A stretch of DNA of 64,000 nt from Promethearchaeota archaeon (GCA_014728035.1 WJMJ01000079.1:108827-172826), one strand, 5' to 3'; positions 8,491 to 19,510 are shown, counted from the stretch's first letter. A program made the numbers and translations. The notes: generated from the letters alone by a model not told the origin.

Positions 8491-9570
8491 TCATAGGAGT
8501 GTATCTGATTCTTCAATTCGAGGCCCTTCTACAATATCATCAATCCTAGGATGAATGACCCTTTTCCAGAGAGGCGGAATCAATGCAAGCCATATCATTC
8601 CTGCATACCCAGTTGGTAGCTGGGGACTTTTCTCATAGTGACGTAGAGTTTGATATCTTCGTCCAGGCTTATAGTGATGGTCCGCATGTCTTTGTAGGTT
8701 GAACAGAAACCAGTTAGTGAAACGATGACTAGAATTCCAAGAGTGTATGATTTTTACTCGTTCATATCCGTTATCAGTTTCTTTTCTTTCTAGACCATAA
8801 TGCTCAATGTAGTTGATGACCTCAAGCAAGGTGATTGCAACAAATGCTTGTAAAAGAAATAATAGTAACGAAGTCAATCCAAATATGAAGAAGATACCTA
8901 CTAGCAACCCGAGCGTATAGAGAAGATGTCTAAGAGTTCTGTTGTGTGGGCTGTATGCTGATTTTTCCTCTCTACCTAATCTATTTGCTTCGAATTGAAA
9001 TGCTGACCTTATTGTCCCAAATACCGTCTGTGGCCAAAATCTATAGAACGATTGGTTTCTTTTTGCGGTAGCTGGATCTTCTGGTGTTGCAACATGTCTG
9101 TGATGGCCTACAACATGTTCGAGACCCCAGTGCAGATACCCTGTTGGCCAGAGAATCAGTCTTGACAAAGCCATCTCATATTTGCTCTGTATTCTATGTC
9201 CTAATTCGTGGCCTACATTGATTCCCATTACACCGCTATTAATACCAATAGAAATCCCGAGTCCAATGAAAGCATGTATTGAAAGATTTACCACTGAAAC
9301 TATGTATATCCCCCAAAAAACAATACCCAGCACAGTAGGAACACACAACCAAGTGATAATCCTGAATGATTTACTGTTCTTCAGCTCTTCTTCTTGATTA
9401 TCTGGTGGATTTGTTTTGTCTACTCCAATAATCTCGTCAAGGATTGGAACAATGACGAAGACAAAGATGGGAGTTAAATAATTCCACCACTCTCCTAGAA
9501 CATACCCTATAATGATAAGAGCTGGCAATATGAACACAAGCGAATATGGGATGGACCGCATAGTGGACAT
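8491..9570 (-). CDS. alkB: Alkane 1-monooxygenase (AlkB family, membrane non-heme diiron)
   Basis: All His boxes present: HELGH, EHVVGHH, NYIEHYG, LQRHADHH; also ATPEDPATA, HSWNS, PQLPTGY; multiple TM helices. Confidence 0.93.
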   Translation of the reverse strand: MSTMRSIPYSLVFILPALIIIGYVLGEWWNYLTPIFVFVIVPILDEIIGVDKTNPPDNQEEELKNSKSFRIITWLCVPTVLGIVFWGIYIVSVVNLSIHAFIGLGISIGINSGVMGINVGHELGHRIQSKYEMALSRLILWPTGYLHWGLEHVVGHHRHVATPEDPATAKRNQSFYRFWPQTVFGTIRSAFQFEANRLGREEKSAYSPHNRTLRHLLYTLGLLVGIFFIFGLTSLLLFLLQAFVAITLLEVINYIEHYGLERKETDNGYERVKIIHSWNSSHRFTNWFLFNLQRHADHHYKPGRRYQTLRHYEKSPQLPTGYAGMIWLALIPPLWKRVIHPRIDDIVEGPRIEESDTLL

Positions 9571-9630
9571 TTAGTATAAATACAGTATAAGTTTGTCCTT
9601 TAGGAAAAACCGATACTTGTAAATTCAAAG

Positions 9631-10413
9631 TTGTATGTAGTAAAGATAATGACATCCAGTATCGAAGCTATTCAGGAACAGATTCTATCTCTGCTTGCAA
9701 TTGATGAAGATGAAGAAGCAGAAGAATTACTCCATCCAGCTCTTTCAGAAAATCCTGAAAATCCAAAACTACTAACTCTAGAGGCAATCCTAATCCTACG
9801 AAAAGGAAAAGAAAATCTCGCAGAATCCAAACTTCAAAAGATTATAAAACAAGATTCAAGTAATGAATTAGCTGTTTACACTTTAGGACGTATTCTAAAT
9901 AGTCAGTTACGAGTTGAAGAAGTTGAATCTCTCTACAAGAATACACTAGAGAAGCATCCTGATAGTCATCAGGTGTTAGATGACTTGTGTAGATTCCTTT
10001 ATGAAGAAGATAGAGCTGAAGAAGCCTTCAAACTTGCAACAAAGCATTACAAAAAGTTTCCCAGAGTCTATGAAGCATATGATGCGATTCGTTTTCTAAA
10101 TCATAGCGTTGAAGATTCTCTAATATCTGATGTTGAGGATACAGATGGGGATGTGGGCTATCTCAAGATGCTGATTTCCAACCAGTTGGACCAATTTGAC
10201 CTTCTTATCAGAATGGAGGAACAAGTTGGTAGAGAAAAACTCGAATCTCTGGAGGTAGCTTGGGAAGTTGATGAAGACCTCATACGATTAGCTGGTGAAC
10301 TTGAGCATTATAGACAAGTCGCTAAAGAGGTTGGACTAACACTTCCAGCAAACCTTGATAAGAGAATTGATGAAGTAATTGAGAATGGGCGATCTCGAAG
10401 TGATCTTATCTGA
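9631..10413 (+). CDS. Tetratricopeptide-repeat protein
   Basis: TPR-like helical repeats ending in 'ENPEN', 'QDSSN', 'KHPDS', 'KFPR'; likely start at ATG 9649. Confidence 0.7.
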   Translation: MYVVKIMTSSIEAIQEQILSLLAIDEDEEAEELLHPALSENPENPKLLTLEAILILRKGKENLAESKLQKIIKQDSSNELAVYTLGRILNSQLRVEEVESLYKNTLEKHPDSHQVLDDLCRFLYEEDRAEEAFKLATKHYKKFPRVYEAYDAIRFLNHSVEDSLISDVEDTDGDVGYLKMLISNQLDQFDLLIRMEEQVGREKLESLEVAWEVDEDLIRLAGELEHYRQVAKEVGLTLPANLDKRIDEVIENGRSRSDLI

Positions 10414-10414
10414 A

Positions 10415-10699
10415 TCACTGCCATTGATACCCTTTGTCTTCTTCTGGTAGTTCTTCTTTTCTACTGAAATATATTACATGTTGGTCTCCTTCTTTCCATA
10501 ACCAGATGTGGTAATCACTGCTCTCTAAAGTTGTTAACATATTCCCGCGGTCGCTTTTTTCCATTCCCATCACTTTTAGAAGACTGAATGTGTTTACCAA
10601 TCGGTCAATATTCTTCTCTATAGCAGCGAAGATTCTTTTCTTTGAGCCTTCTTCCATTTGAAGAATATCCGAATCTCGAAGAACGGTTTTAATTCTCAT
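10415..10699 (-). CDS. Hypothetical protein
   Basis: 94-aa ORF filling the gap between neighbours, with normal composition. Confidence 0.65.
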   Translation of the reverse strand: MRIKTVLRDSDILQMEEGSKKRIFAAIEKNIDRLVNTFSLLKVMGMEKSDRGNMLTTLESSDYHIWLWKEGDQHVIYFSRKEELPEEDKGYQWQ

Positions 10700-10752
10700 T
10701 TCCTATCAATCATGAATTGTTTTAGCGAGTTCATAAGCATATTGCTATCTGT

Positions 10753-11652
10753 TTATGAAATTAATATCGCAAAAATAGTTGGGTTGATGCTTTTCAAAGA
10801 GAGAATCCAACCATGAGCCTGGATTATTCTAGATGCTATTGATAGACCAAATCCAGTATTTTTCTCACTGGTTGTAAATCCTCGCTCAAATACTCTATCT
10901 CTGATAGATTCATCAATTGGTACTCCATCGTTCTGTATGAGAATTTCTATTCTCCCTTCATCATTGATTGCTTTTTCTATGACTATTTCAGAAGCATCTC
11001 CGTGGATAATTGCATTAAGAATGATATTCTGTATTGCCTGGGTCAGTTTTGTAGCATCACAATGGACTTTTGGCAAGTCTTTGGAAATCACCCGAATCTC
11101 ATCTGGTACAACGATTGATGCTTCATCAATTATGTCTTCAAATTCTATTTCATCGGTTACTTCTATTAATTTCCCAGCATCCGCAAGCGTTACAGATCGT
11201 GATAACAATGTTTCAATATTATGAACATGCTCTTCAATATCATCTACAATTTGCTCTCTGTAATCTAATCTTAGAACATCACAACAAGTCAAGATAACAT
11301 GAAGATGTCCCCGTACATCGTGAGAGAGAGTATGAGCTAATGTGCTCAATTCATCAGAACGTTTTAGAATCATTGCTTGCATTTCTTCCTTTCTTGTGAA
11401 AATCATTCTGAGTCCAAGAGCAAGTACTGTTAGTGTGATTACTGCAAAAATTCGTATAAGATTTGATTCAAGATTATTTCCAAATAATGCTAGAGACAAT
11501 TCATTTTCTTTTTGAAATACAAAGAAATCCAGAAACGTGTCAGTTATCCATATCGAAAGACCAAATATCATTATCAGTATGAAGATTCCATTTGGTGAAA
11601 TCTTGATTCCCTTGAGAGAATTTCGAAATGACACCACATTTCTCTCCTCCAT
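10753..11652 (-). CDS. Membrane-bound sensor histidine kinase
   Basis: 2 TM helices, H-box LSHDVRGHL, N-box NIILNAIIHG, NDG, FERGFTT, GFGL. Confidence 0.9.
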   Translation of the reverse strand: MEERNVVSFRNSLKGIKISPNGIFILIMIFGLSIWITDTFLDFFVFQKENELSLALFGNNLESNLIRIFAVITLTVLALGLRMIFTRKEEMQAMILKRSDELSTLAHTLSHDVRGHLHVILTCCDVLRLDYREQIVDDIEEHVHNIETLLSRSVTLADAGKLIEVTDEIEFEDIIDEASIVVPDEIRVISKDLPKVHCDATKLTQAIQNIILNAIIHGDASEIVIEKAINDEGRIEILIQNDGVPIDESIRDRVFERGFTTSEKNTGFGLSIASRIIQAHGWILSLKSINPTIFAILIS

Positions 11653-11807
11653 ACTAAACGCTGCCCCGTCACGAAATTTACTATCTTTAATATATTTCTA
11701 TTGAACTATATAAAGGACCATCAATTTATTCAAAAAAATGAGTATGAATAAATTCCTGTTGCATTTGTTTCATAGTATTAAAATGAGATTATTATTCTTC
11801 TTCAACC

Positions 11808-12926
11808 ATGGATGATTACGATAAGTTTCTTAGAGCCATTTCGTTTGTAAAAGGAATGGAACTTTCATCATGTCTATTTCAGCAAGCTGTCCGACCTATT
11901 CTGGATAATGTTTTCCCTAACCTTTCTTATTCTGCTGCTAGATTGGGATATGGGTCAGATGTTTTGGGATTCGATACAACTCAATCGCGCGACCACCATT
12001 GGGGACCTCGGTTAACCATTTTCATATCAGAAGACTCTCTTGACCAAAAGGAAGCTATTGAAGAAACATTAAGCAATAAATTACCTCAAAAGATTCTGGG
12101 CTATCCTACAGCTTTCCGAGACCTAGATGATTCAGGTGGTTTCATGGATCCATCTCAGAGAGGTGATTTGGTGCATCAAGTCATTATTACAACAGTTAAC
12201 AAATTCTTTTCAGATTATATTGGGCTTGATCCATCGGAGCCAGTATCGGTTCTTGATTGGCTAGTAATTCCCCAACAACGTCTAGCGACAATATCTCGTG
12301 GAAAATGTTTCTTTGATGGATTAGGTGTTATTGAAGAGATTCGTAAGAAACTTGCATGGTATCCTCATGATGTATGGTTGTATCTATTAGCAGGACAATG
12401 GACACGAATAGCTCAAGAAGAACCATTTCTGGGACGTACAGGTGACGTAGGGGATGAATTAGGGTCTCGAATAATTGCAACTAGATTGGTACATGACATC
12501 ATGCAGTTATGTTACTTGATGGAAAGAAAATACATTCCATATTCGAAATGGTTTGGCACAGCTTTCAAGGAATTAAGCTCCTCCGTGTTTTTGACTCCTA
12601 TTTTTCATGAGATATTCAATAGTAAGAAATGGAAGGAGCGGCAAAAGCATTTTGTTAAGATTCTGGAGTATGCAGCAGATTTGCATAACCAATTGGGGAT
12701 AACAAAACATCTTGATCCCAAGACTCGCTTATTTCATACTCGCCCCTATGAAGTGATTGGTGGTGAGAGATTTGCGGAAAGTCTCTATGAAGTCATTTCT
12801 GATGAAACGGTTAGACAGTTACCTCGTGGACTTGGATCTGTTGACCAAATGGTGAAATCGATTGACGTACTTGAGAATATATCCCGATGTAGGACTCTGA
12901 AGAAGCTGTTATTGGATGTGAAATAA
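11808..12926 (+). CDS. DUF4037 domain protein (nucleotidyltransferase-like)
   Basis: LGYGSDVLGFD..SRDHHWGPR, LAWYPHDVW, YIPYSKW motifs. Confidence 0.8.
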   Translation: MDDYDKFLRAISFVKGMELSSCLFQQAVRPILDNVFPNLSYSAARLGYGSDVLGFDTTQSRDHHWGPRLTIFISEDSLDQKEAIEETLSNKLPQKILGYPTAFRDLDDSGGFMDPSQRGDLVHQVIITTVNKFFSDYIGLDPSEPVSVLDWLVIPQQRLATISRGKCFFDGLGVIEEIRKKLAWYPHDVWLYLLAGQWTRIAQEEPFLGRTGDVGDELGSRIIATRLVHDIMQLCYLMERKYIPYSKWFGTAFKELSSSVFLTPIFHEIFNSKKWKERQKHFVKILEYAADLHNQLGITKHLDPKTRLFHTRPYEVIGGERFAESLYEVISDETVRQLPRGLGSVDQMVKSIDVLENISRCRTLKKLLLDVK

Positions 12927-13307
12927 CTCCAAACTAAGGTGAGAGAAACAGAATGCGGATAGGTTCTAATCTCTCAGCATGAAAAAGCACTGTTAAACGA
13001 GAGTCCAAATAATTTCCTTTTTCACCTTTGAAATTCTCTTAGAAATTATGCCTTCTTTATCCAAGCTCTTCAAGGCTTTAGGAATACGGATTTAATATGT
13101 TTCTTACATAAAGCGGTCTTGAGAGTTATTTTCCCATGTCCTTCACCGAATTTTGCTTTATATTATTCGTAATCAGAATAACGAATCCCTAGAAGATTTC
13201 TAGCAATATTTTTTGTTTCATTAGTATACTTCTCGAAATCGCAACGCTTGCAACCCCACCGAAAAATTAAATATAGTTAATTCATTATAATAATGGAGGT
13301 ATTTACA

Positions 13308-13949
13308 ATGACTACAGAAAATATCCCATCAGGTGGAGAAACTGAAGATGGTCAGTTATTCAAAATGGTTGGACATAGTTATGATAAGATGGGAGAAAGA
13401 TATCATCGATTTAGAAATAATGAGAAGTTTATTGGTGAACTAGAACAATTTGTGGGATTACTTCCTCCCTCGGGAGATGTACTTGATGCTGGATGTGGTG
13501 TTGGGAAACCGACTTCTGAGTATCTAGCTAAGCAAGGTTTCAAAGTAACAGGTGTGGATATTTCCGGAAGGATGATTGAATTAGCAAAACAAAATGTACC
13601 CGATGTCAAATTTCATCAGAAAAATATCCTTGAGTTGGACTTTCCCAATAATGCCTTCGATGGAATCATATGCGTATACACACTCTGGCATATACCTCGA
13701 GAACATCATGCAAATATCATAGAGAACTTTCATAGGATGTTGAAAGATGATGGGATTCTAGTACTAAATACAGGAGTCTACGAGTCTGATGGTATGAGCA
13801 GGTTCTTTGGTGAACCAATGCTTTGGAGCACTAACGATCCAAAGAAAACGCTTGGTGTGGTGAAGAGTCTTGGATTTGAAATACTGCAGGAGGGAATTCT
13901 GAATCTAGGTGGAGAACGTCAATATTGGATTTTTGCCAAGAAAAAGTGA
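13308..13949 (+). CDS. Class I SAM-dependent methyltransferase
   Basis: VLDAGCGVG, GVDIS, FDGI; ATG at 13308 follows a GGAGGT SD. Confidence 0.92.
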   Translation: MTTENIPSGGETEDGQLFKMVGHSYDKMGERYHRFRNNEKFIGELEQFVGLLPPSGDVLDAGCGVGKPTSEYLAKQGFKVTGVDISGRMIELAKQNVPDVKFHQKNILELDFPNNAFDGIICVYTLWHIPREHHANIIENFHRMLKDDGILVLNTGVYESDGMSRFFGEPMLWSTNDPKKTLGVVKSLGFEILQEGILNLGGERQYWIFAKKK

Positions 13950-13962
13950 AGCCATTCTAGAA

Positions 13963-14275
13963 TCACTCTTGAGCTGATTCAGCCATTTTACATTTGGAAA
14001 GTAGAATTACCTGTGCATCTTTCAGATATTCAATAATCTCAATACTTTGTGAACCTTTTTCAATGGAGTTTCTACATTCAACACATTCGGTCGTATCCTT
14101 TCCTTGTTCCCATTCTAGCAATTGCGAGAGCCCTCTCTCCAGCATAATTGGTTATATCATAGCAGTGCTCTTATCTTCGTATAGTTGCTTGTTGATTCCA
14201 TAATAGAGGTAGATGTCTATATATTCCCTGTAAAGTCTTTCAAGCTGTTGACCTAGATATCTCCCAAAATCTTCT
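13963..14275 (-). pseudogene. Decayed aldo/keto reductase with 4Fe-4S dicluster tail (two fragments)
   Basis: Manual translation gives EDFGRYLGQQLERLYREYIDIYLYYGIN (AKR 'SL.RL.tDyiDlyllH' motif), then a stop, then TECVECRNSIEKGSQSIEIIEYLKDA (eroded CxxCxxC...CPQ.I.I...Lk). Confidence 0.6.
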
Positions 14276-14277
14276 AT

Positions 14278-14862
14278 TCAATCGCTATCGGTGTAAGCCA
14301 TCACATAGAGTGTGTTGGTGTGGAGGTTAAGCACGAATATCAGATCATCCCATGCAGTCAAGTAAAACCACTGTGATATGGATTTCAATTCGAGCGTTTC
14401 GTCAGGGATACCAAACCCGCCACTCATATCCATTCCGCGAACATCTTCGATGATAGTATCAAAGATATAGTAGTCTTCTGAATCTCTCTTGAATTCTGTA
14501 TCATACTTTGACACAATTTCTAACGCTTCAGTTTCTTGATATGGGGCCCCATCATCCTCACCATATGCTCCTCCAGTCCTTAATATGTGAAATATACCTT
14601 TCAAGAAATCGGTTGATTCCCGATACGGGAATATACTGAAGTCCCATTCCAGAGTTGTCTTCAATTTCCATGCTTCGTTTTCGCTCTCTGCAAATTGCTT
14701 GAAGAATTCTCTATACTTTTTTCTATCGTGGAAATCATACTCTTTCAATGAAACATCTGAATCAATATGATACTGTGCGAATTCTGTTGAAACAAAACCT
14801 AGAACTCTCTCTAATTCTAAGAAGAATCCGTCTTTTTCGACCTCTATGAACTTGAATGACAT
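14278..14862 (-). CDS. Hypothetical acidic protein
   Basis: 194-aa ORF with no recognised motif. Confidence 0.7.
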   Translation of the reverse strand: MSFKFIEVEKDGFFLELERVLGFVSTEFAQYHIDSDVSLKEYDFHDRKKYREFFKQFAESENEAWKLKTTLEWDFSIFPYRESTDFLKGIFHILRTGGAYGEDDGAPYQETEALEIVSKYDTEFKRDSEDYYIFDTIIEDVRGMDMSGGFGIPDETLELKSISQWFYLTAWDDLIFVLNLHTNTLYVMAYTDSD

Positions 14863-14981
14863 ACTGATTTCTATATGAATTATCTAATAAATTCTCCAAA
14901 TATTCCTGGTGTATTACTTAACCTTAGAATCTCAGCTAGATTTTTATCCATTCGTTCAAACGCTTTATGACAGGTGTTTTT

Positions 14982-15464
14982 ATGAAAAGACCAAAACTTG
15001 CCGCGCTAGCAGTAGTTCTTGTTCTAATCGGAGCAGGTTCTGCATTTGCCGCATATATCATACTGTCTAATACATATGATTACGATGTGACTGTTGAGGG
15101 AGAATACATTACCATCACTGAGGTGTCTGCACCTTCAGGTACACTTGCCAAAGGTACGAATTACACATATCGAATCACGGCTACTGTGAACTCAGGTTCT
15201 TGGGATGCCTCTCTGTGGTTCAATATTACTTCAAGTGCTATAGAAGATAACACCCATTTATCCGATTATATCATTTACGTAAATGGAACAGGCTTAACGA
15301 GAATGCACAATCAAGCTATTCCTAATAGATATCAATCACAATATCTTATTGGTACATTTTCAGAAGGTCAGACGCTTACCTTTGATTGGACAATCAATTT
15401 CGATTATGGCTGGCCATCGGGTACATTCAATATTCTTCTATATATCGATGGTCAAGCAAATTAG
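14982..15464 (+). CDS. Secreted/surface beta-rich protein
   Basis: MKRPK plus hydrophobic signal, several N-x-S/T sequons; ATG at 14982 after an AGGTG SD. Confidence 0.75.
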   Translation: MKRPKLAALAVVLVLIGAGSAFAAYIILSNTYDYDVTVEGEYITITEVSAPSGTLAKGTNYTYRITATVNSGSWDASLWFNITSSAIEDNTHLSDYIIYVNGTGLTRMHNQAIPNRYQSQYLIGTFSEGQTLTFDWTINFDYGWPSGTFNILLYIDGQAN

Positions 15465-15520
15465 TATTCCAATTTCAGACAAGGTCACTTCATTGACATG
15501 AAGAAATACTATCATCAAAC

Positions 15521-15549
15521 AGAGGAATACTCCATTCCTCTACTTTTTT
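15521..15549 (+). terminator. Hairpin plus T-tract terminator
   Basis: AGAGGAAT-ACTCC-ATTCCTCT followed by ACTTTTTT. Confidence 0.6.
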
Positions 15550-15671
15550 CTATATCTGCATTTAGGTTTGATTCTATTAGCACGATATCATCATATGATT
15601 GAAGGATTTCAGTGTCTACATTCCATATAAAAAAGAATAGAGAGCAATCATATCGATTGCTCATGAGAATT

Positions 15672-16028
15672 TCACTTGTAAGGTGCTCTTATCGGTGGAA
15701 GTATCATTATGAAGATGATCAAAACAGCGAACGTGATGGGAAATGCTTGTAACACTAAAGTTGGTATAATGAATATCGCCATTGGAATGGAAATTATATT
15801 CAGTACTAATGCATAGAGCCATCCTTCTTTCTTCACTGGTTTGAGATAAAACCATGAAATTAACATCAATGCTAGTCCCAGAGCTAGACCGATAGCTGCT
15901 TCAATCATTACGAGTATCAAGCCGTACAATGAGAACATCATAAGGAACGCACCGTAGCCAATGTTCAGACCGAATACGATCTTATCGGCTATGTTAGCAA
16001 ATTCTGCAGAAAATTCTGATTCAGACAA
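15672..16028 (-). CDS. Small 4-TM membrane protein
   Basis: Four hydrophobic segments; GGAGA SD before the TTG start. Confidence 0.7.
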   Translation of the reverse strand: MSESEFSAEFANIADKIVFGLNIGYGAFLMMFSLYGLILVMIEAAIGLALGLALMLISWFYLKPVKKEGWLYALVLNIISIPMAIFIIPTLVLQAFPITFAVLIIFIMILPPIRAPYK

Positions 16029-16194
16029 TATCTATATCTCCTGTTAAAATCTCCACGCATGATTTGTAAGCGTGCAGATTTACACCAATTTTCTATGCAT
16101 TCCGGCTTTTAACAATACAGTTTTATTTGTATATTCAAAAATTTTGTAAATCATAATGTTTTTCTTCACGTTTTGCGATTCATTTTCGAGAACT

Positions 16195-16650
16195 ATGACT
16201 CAGACCTGTGATATCTGCGGTGCAAAATATTCTTCTGAACTCTGGAAACACAGTACAAAAAATATCTGTACATATTGTGTTCAGATTCAACTTCTTGAGG
16301 AATCCTATGCTGTTTTCTCTCAAGATGCTAGAGAAGCTCTCCAACACATTACAAAGGAAATCGAACGGTTACTTGATAAACAACAGGAAGAACATACTCT
16401 TCCATTAATTAAAAAGGGACTTTCTTTCCTTAATGGTTTTCTGATTCGCGAAGCTGATTTTCGCCTTCTAGAAGAAGGAATATACTGGTACAATGATTTC
16501 CTAAAGAAGGAAGGACGTTTAGAATCAACACGATTTGTGGTGGATCGGACCCATCTTGTTGGAAGTACTAGATTCATTGTTGTGTTATATCTAAAAGATG
16601 GGCATGAGCCAGAGACCTGGAAGTTCTTTACTGGAATGCGGAAGGTCTGA
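16195..16650 (+). CDS. Hypothetical protein with N-terminal C4 zinc finger
   Basis: CDIC...CTYC; likely start at 16195 (track start 16156). Confidence 0.7.
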   Translation: MTQTCDICGAKYSSELWKHSTKNICTYCVQIQLLEESYAVFSQDAREALQHITKEIERLLDKQQEEHTLPLIKKGLSFLNGFLIREADFRLLEEGIYWYNDFLKKEGRLESTRFVVDRTHLVGSTRFIVVLYLKDGHEPETWKFFTGMRKV

Positions 16651-16768
16651 ATGAATATTGTTAGGTTTTGCAACACAGGTAGTTCATGTCGGATTGGAGA
16701 GAATATCGCTTAACTAGAATTACTTTTTCGATCTTAATTTTGAAATGTAACAATTATTTGTACAACCT

Positions 16769-17239
16769 TTAACTCTGGAAGAATTCCTCTAAGGTCCGAG
16801 CAAATTTCTCCGCATTACTCAGGTCCTCCTCATTAGGTCTGCCCTTATTCATTCCACCAAAGAATCTCATGAAACTGTTAGTATTGAAGCCCTTACACTG
16901 GAATTCATCTATGATTGTGTATCCCTTCTCTTCCAGTTTCTCCCTCAGAAGAGCATGGTCGTTGTTCATTTTCTTTTTACTTGTCATCGCACCTGTAGAA
17001 AATAGAAACGTATTTCCTCCATTTACTACAGGAATTTGCTCAGCAAGGTCAATGAGCGATTCATGATGTCTAGCGCTGTAAATCCCTGATCCCCATCCTA
17101 TCAGATCGTAATCCTGCAATTCCTCAGGATTCATTACTTGTGGTGTTGTGACCTCTGCATTTAGAACGCTTGCAATCCTTTTAGCTATCTTTTCTGTGTT
17201 CTTGTGATGAAACGAGTAGACGATTATAAGACATCTCAC
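16769..17239 (-). CDS. Flavodoxin-family protein
   Basis: YSFHHKNTEKIA, YDLIGWGSGIY, GRPNEEDL; GTG at 17239 follows a GAGGAGG SD (track start 17314). Confidence 0.88.
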   Translation of the reverse strand: MRCLIIVYSFHHKNTEKIAKRIASVLNAEVTTPQVMNPEELQDYDLIGWGSGIYSARHHESLIDLAEQIPVVNGGNTFLFSTGAMTSKKKMNNDHALLREKLEEKGYTIIDEFQCKGFNTNSFMRFFGGMNKGRPNEEDLSNAEKFARTLEEFFQS

Positions 17240-17340
17240 TGAGAAATCCTCCTCTTCTGCAATCATTTCTTTCGTTTGATCATCTGAATGAGTTTTACTT
17301 GCTTTTCTCATCATAATTCAAACGAAATCGTTGTATACAT

Positions 17341-17886
17341 CTAGATCGTTGTCAGTTCGGTTATCCATGCACGAATTTGATCCCAATTGCGAAAGTCCAT
17401 CACATCAGGAACCTCTTCTCCTTCATTCAGGGATTTTTTCACAATTCCTTTAACCATACGTCTAACGACAAAGTTGTATTTTTTGAAATCGAACATACCA
17501 CCAAACAAACCCGTCGAAACTGGTATAATCTCAGGATATTGAGCTGCGATATTGTCGAGGTACATTTCTTGTGCCTCATCACATTTAGCTGGGTCTCCAG
17601 CGTCTCCACAGACAACAAATAATGCTACTTTCTTTGTTGATAGAATAGATGCATTCTCTTCAATGAATTTTAAGGGCTCCTTTGCCCATTTCCCAACCTG
17701 AATTCCACTTCCAATTGCTATAAGGTCGTAGTCTTCAAGAGGTGCAGGGAGGTTTCCTTCCTTCAAATCTGCTGCATCAATGGACACTCCAGCTTCTTGT
17801 GCGGTTTTTACCATCTCTTGAACAATCTCGGTTGTTGTTCCATAACGTGAGCGATAGCATATTCCGATTCGGTTCATCACAATCAA
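17341..17886 (-). CDS. HemG-like flavodoxin-domain protein
   Basis: YRSRYGTTTEI, YDLIAIGSGI, KKVALFVVC, DFRNWDQIRAW. Confidence 0.85.
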   Translation of the reverse strand: MIVMNRIGICYRSRYGTTTEIVQEMVKTAQEAGVSIDAADLKEGNLPAPLEDYDLIAIGSGIQVGKWAKEPLKFIEENASILSTKKVALFVVCGDAGDPAKCDEAQEMYLDNIAAQYPEIIPVSTGLFGGMFDFKKYNFVVRRMVKGIVKKSLNEGEEVPDVMDFRNWDQIRAWITELTTI

Positions 17887-17987
17887 TATGCGACATAGGT
17901 ATTCCTTTAAAAATTGATTTATTCAATGTGACACATTGTATTTACTTGTTACAATATCTAACTAGAAATTTTCAACAATATAGAATT

Positions 17988-19105
17988 TTATCGACTCTTA
18001 CAATATGCCTCAACTACTAAGCGATAAATTTCATCGAACATCGTTGGGGTTTCAGTTTCTTTGTATTTGCCATATCTTTGTACCGCAAGAAGGTATGCAG
18101 GTTCAGGATTAGCATAATATTCCAACAGAATTTTTATAATTTCATAAAGGTCGGATAAGTTTCTTTCAATTAACATACAATCGGAGATCATGAAAATGAC
18201 CAAGCCTAGGGGGCTTGTCGGTTGTATAATCGACTGGTCAACTTTTGACACTAAACCGTGTGTCCATGTGTGATTTGAGTCTGCTCCATCACGAAGCCAT
18301 CTTTGTACTTCTACGTCAAGTGCTTTTATCGCTCTGATAAGTGTTTGATTGATACCCTGTTGCTTAGAGAAATCTCTAACTAATTCTGTAGGAGGTGCAG
18401 CAAAGATATCATCAAGGACTCCGTGAAATATTCCCATTTGGTAATCTAGGCTAAATCTACAACATAATAGATTTTCCAACTTCTCTCTATGTTCTGGAGT
18501 CAAATGTTTCAGCATCGATTCCAAATAATTTTGCAGGTTTCCTACTGTTTCAAAAGGTAGCTCTTTGAGTGTATCCTTGAATTTCTCAAAGAGAGGAAAC
18601 TTCTCATACGAATCTGGAATACCAATCGTGAATAGTGTTTCATCTGCTTCGATGTTTATCTCTTCTAATGTGGACAAAAGAAGTAGTGGTGTGATATCGA
18701 CTGTTGATTCTGTTATCTGCATCTCTCTCAGGGCTGTGCATCCACAAGAGGACGAAAATCTGGTGTGTAGATGGTCTCGTTAAGAACTAGGCAGGTCAAG
18801 TTGGGAATCAGTGACAGGGGTGATAGATCAAGGGTTTCAAAACCACAATCAGAAATTGCTAGTGTTTCAAGGGAAGTGCAATTTGCTAATGGACTCAAAT
18901 CGATTGAAGAAAGGTAGTGACGTTCAACGAAAATCAGTTCCTGCATTTGCTCAAGCTTGTACAGATTTGATAGGTCTACAGATCCTAGATACATTGTATC
19001 CTCTTTACTGGGAAATTCTCTGAGGTGACAGAATTGCACTCTTGTTTCCAGCTTGCTAAAGGCAAGAGTATCTTGTGCAGATTGCCTGGGTTTACCTTTT
19101 GTCAT
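17988..19105 (-). pseudogene. Leucine-rich-repeat protein split by a single-base frameshift near 18742
   Basis: LRRs IDLSPLANCTSLETL and LDLSPLSLIPNL. Adding one base in GTGGATGC restores PDFRPLVGCTALREMQI and joins ORFs 18728-19105 and 17988-18722. Confidence 0.75.
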
Positions 19106-19510
19106 GCCCTATATCCATTCAATAGGTATTAGGATGAAATTTTCGTTGTCAGTGTTTTCCTCCTTCACGGTCATCCTGTCCTAACCTAACTTCTACCTTC
19201 TATATTCTAGTTATAAAGAATCATGCATTGCTCTCTGTCTTGGATATCGTTTAGGGTTAAATAGCATATCAGTGGAATCGATTAATTGATAGATACTACC
19301 AAGATACTTTGATGGAGACCGCACCTCTTCGTTTTGAATATGAGCTAAAAGAACTTGGAAAAGGCTTGAATAGGATGCTTTACGAAAAGGCGATGTTCGC
19401 AATCAAGTTTGGACTTATCGATAGAAACTATCACTATTTCAGAGGTAGAAATCTCGAAGAAGCATTTGGAAATACAAACAAATCAAGATGAATCAAAAGG
19501 ATGTGTTTCA

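Noticed and set aside
16769-17886. Flavodoxins as dedicated electron donors for AlkB
   Set aside because: They are over 7 kb away in a separate accessory patch, with no sequence evidence of linkage
18728-18730. Selenocysteine readthrough of TGA in the LRR gene (also considered for the feoB TGA at 276-278)
   Set aside because: The downstream ORFs are in different frames, so a frameshift or split gene explains them; no SECIS-like element was identified
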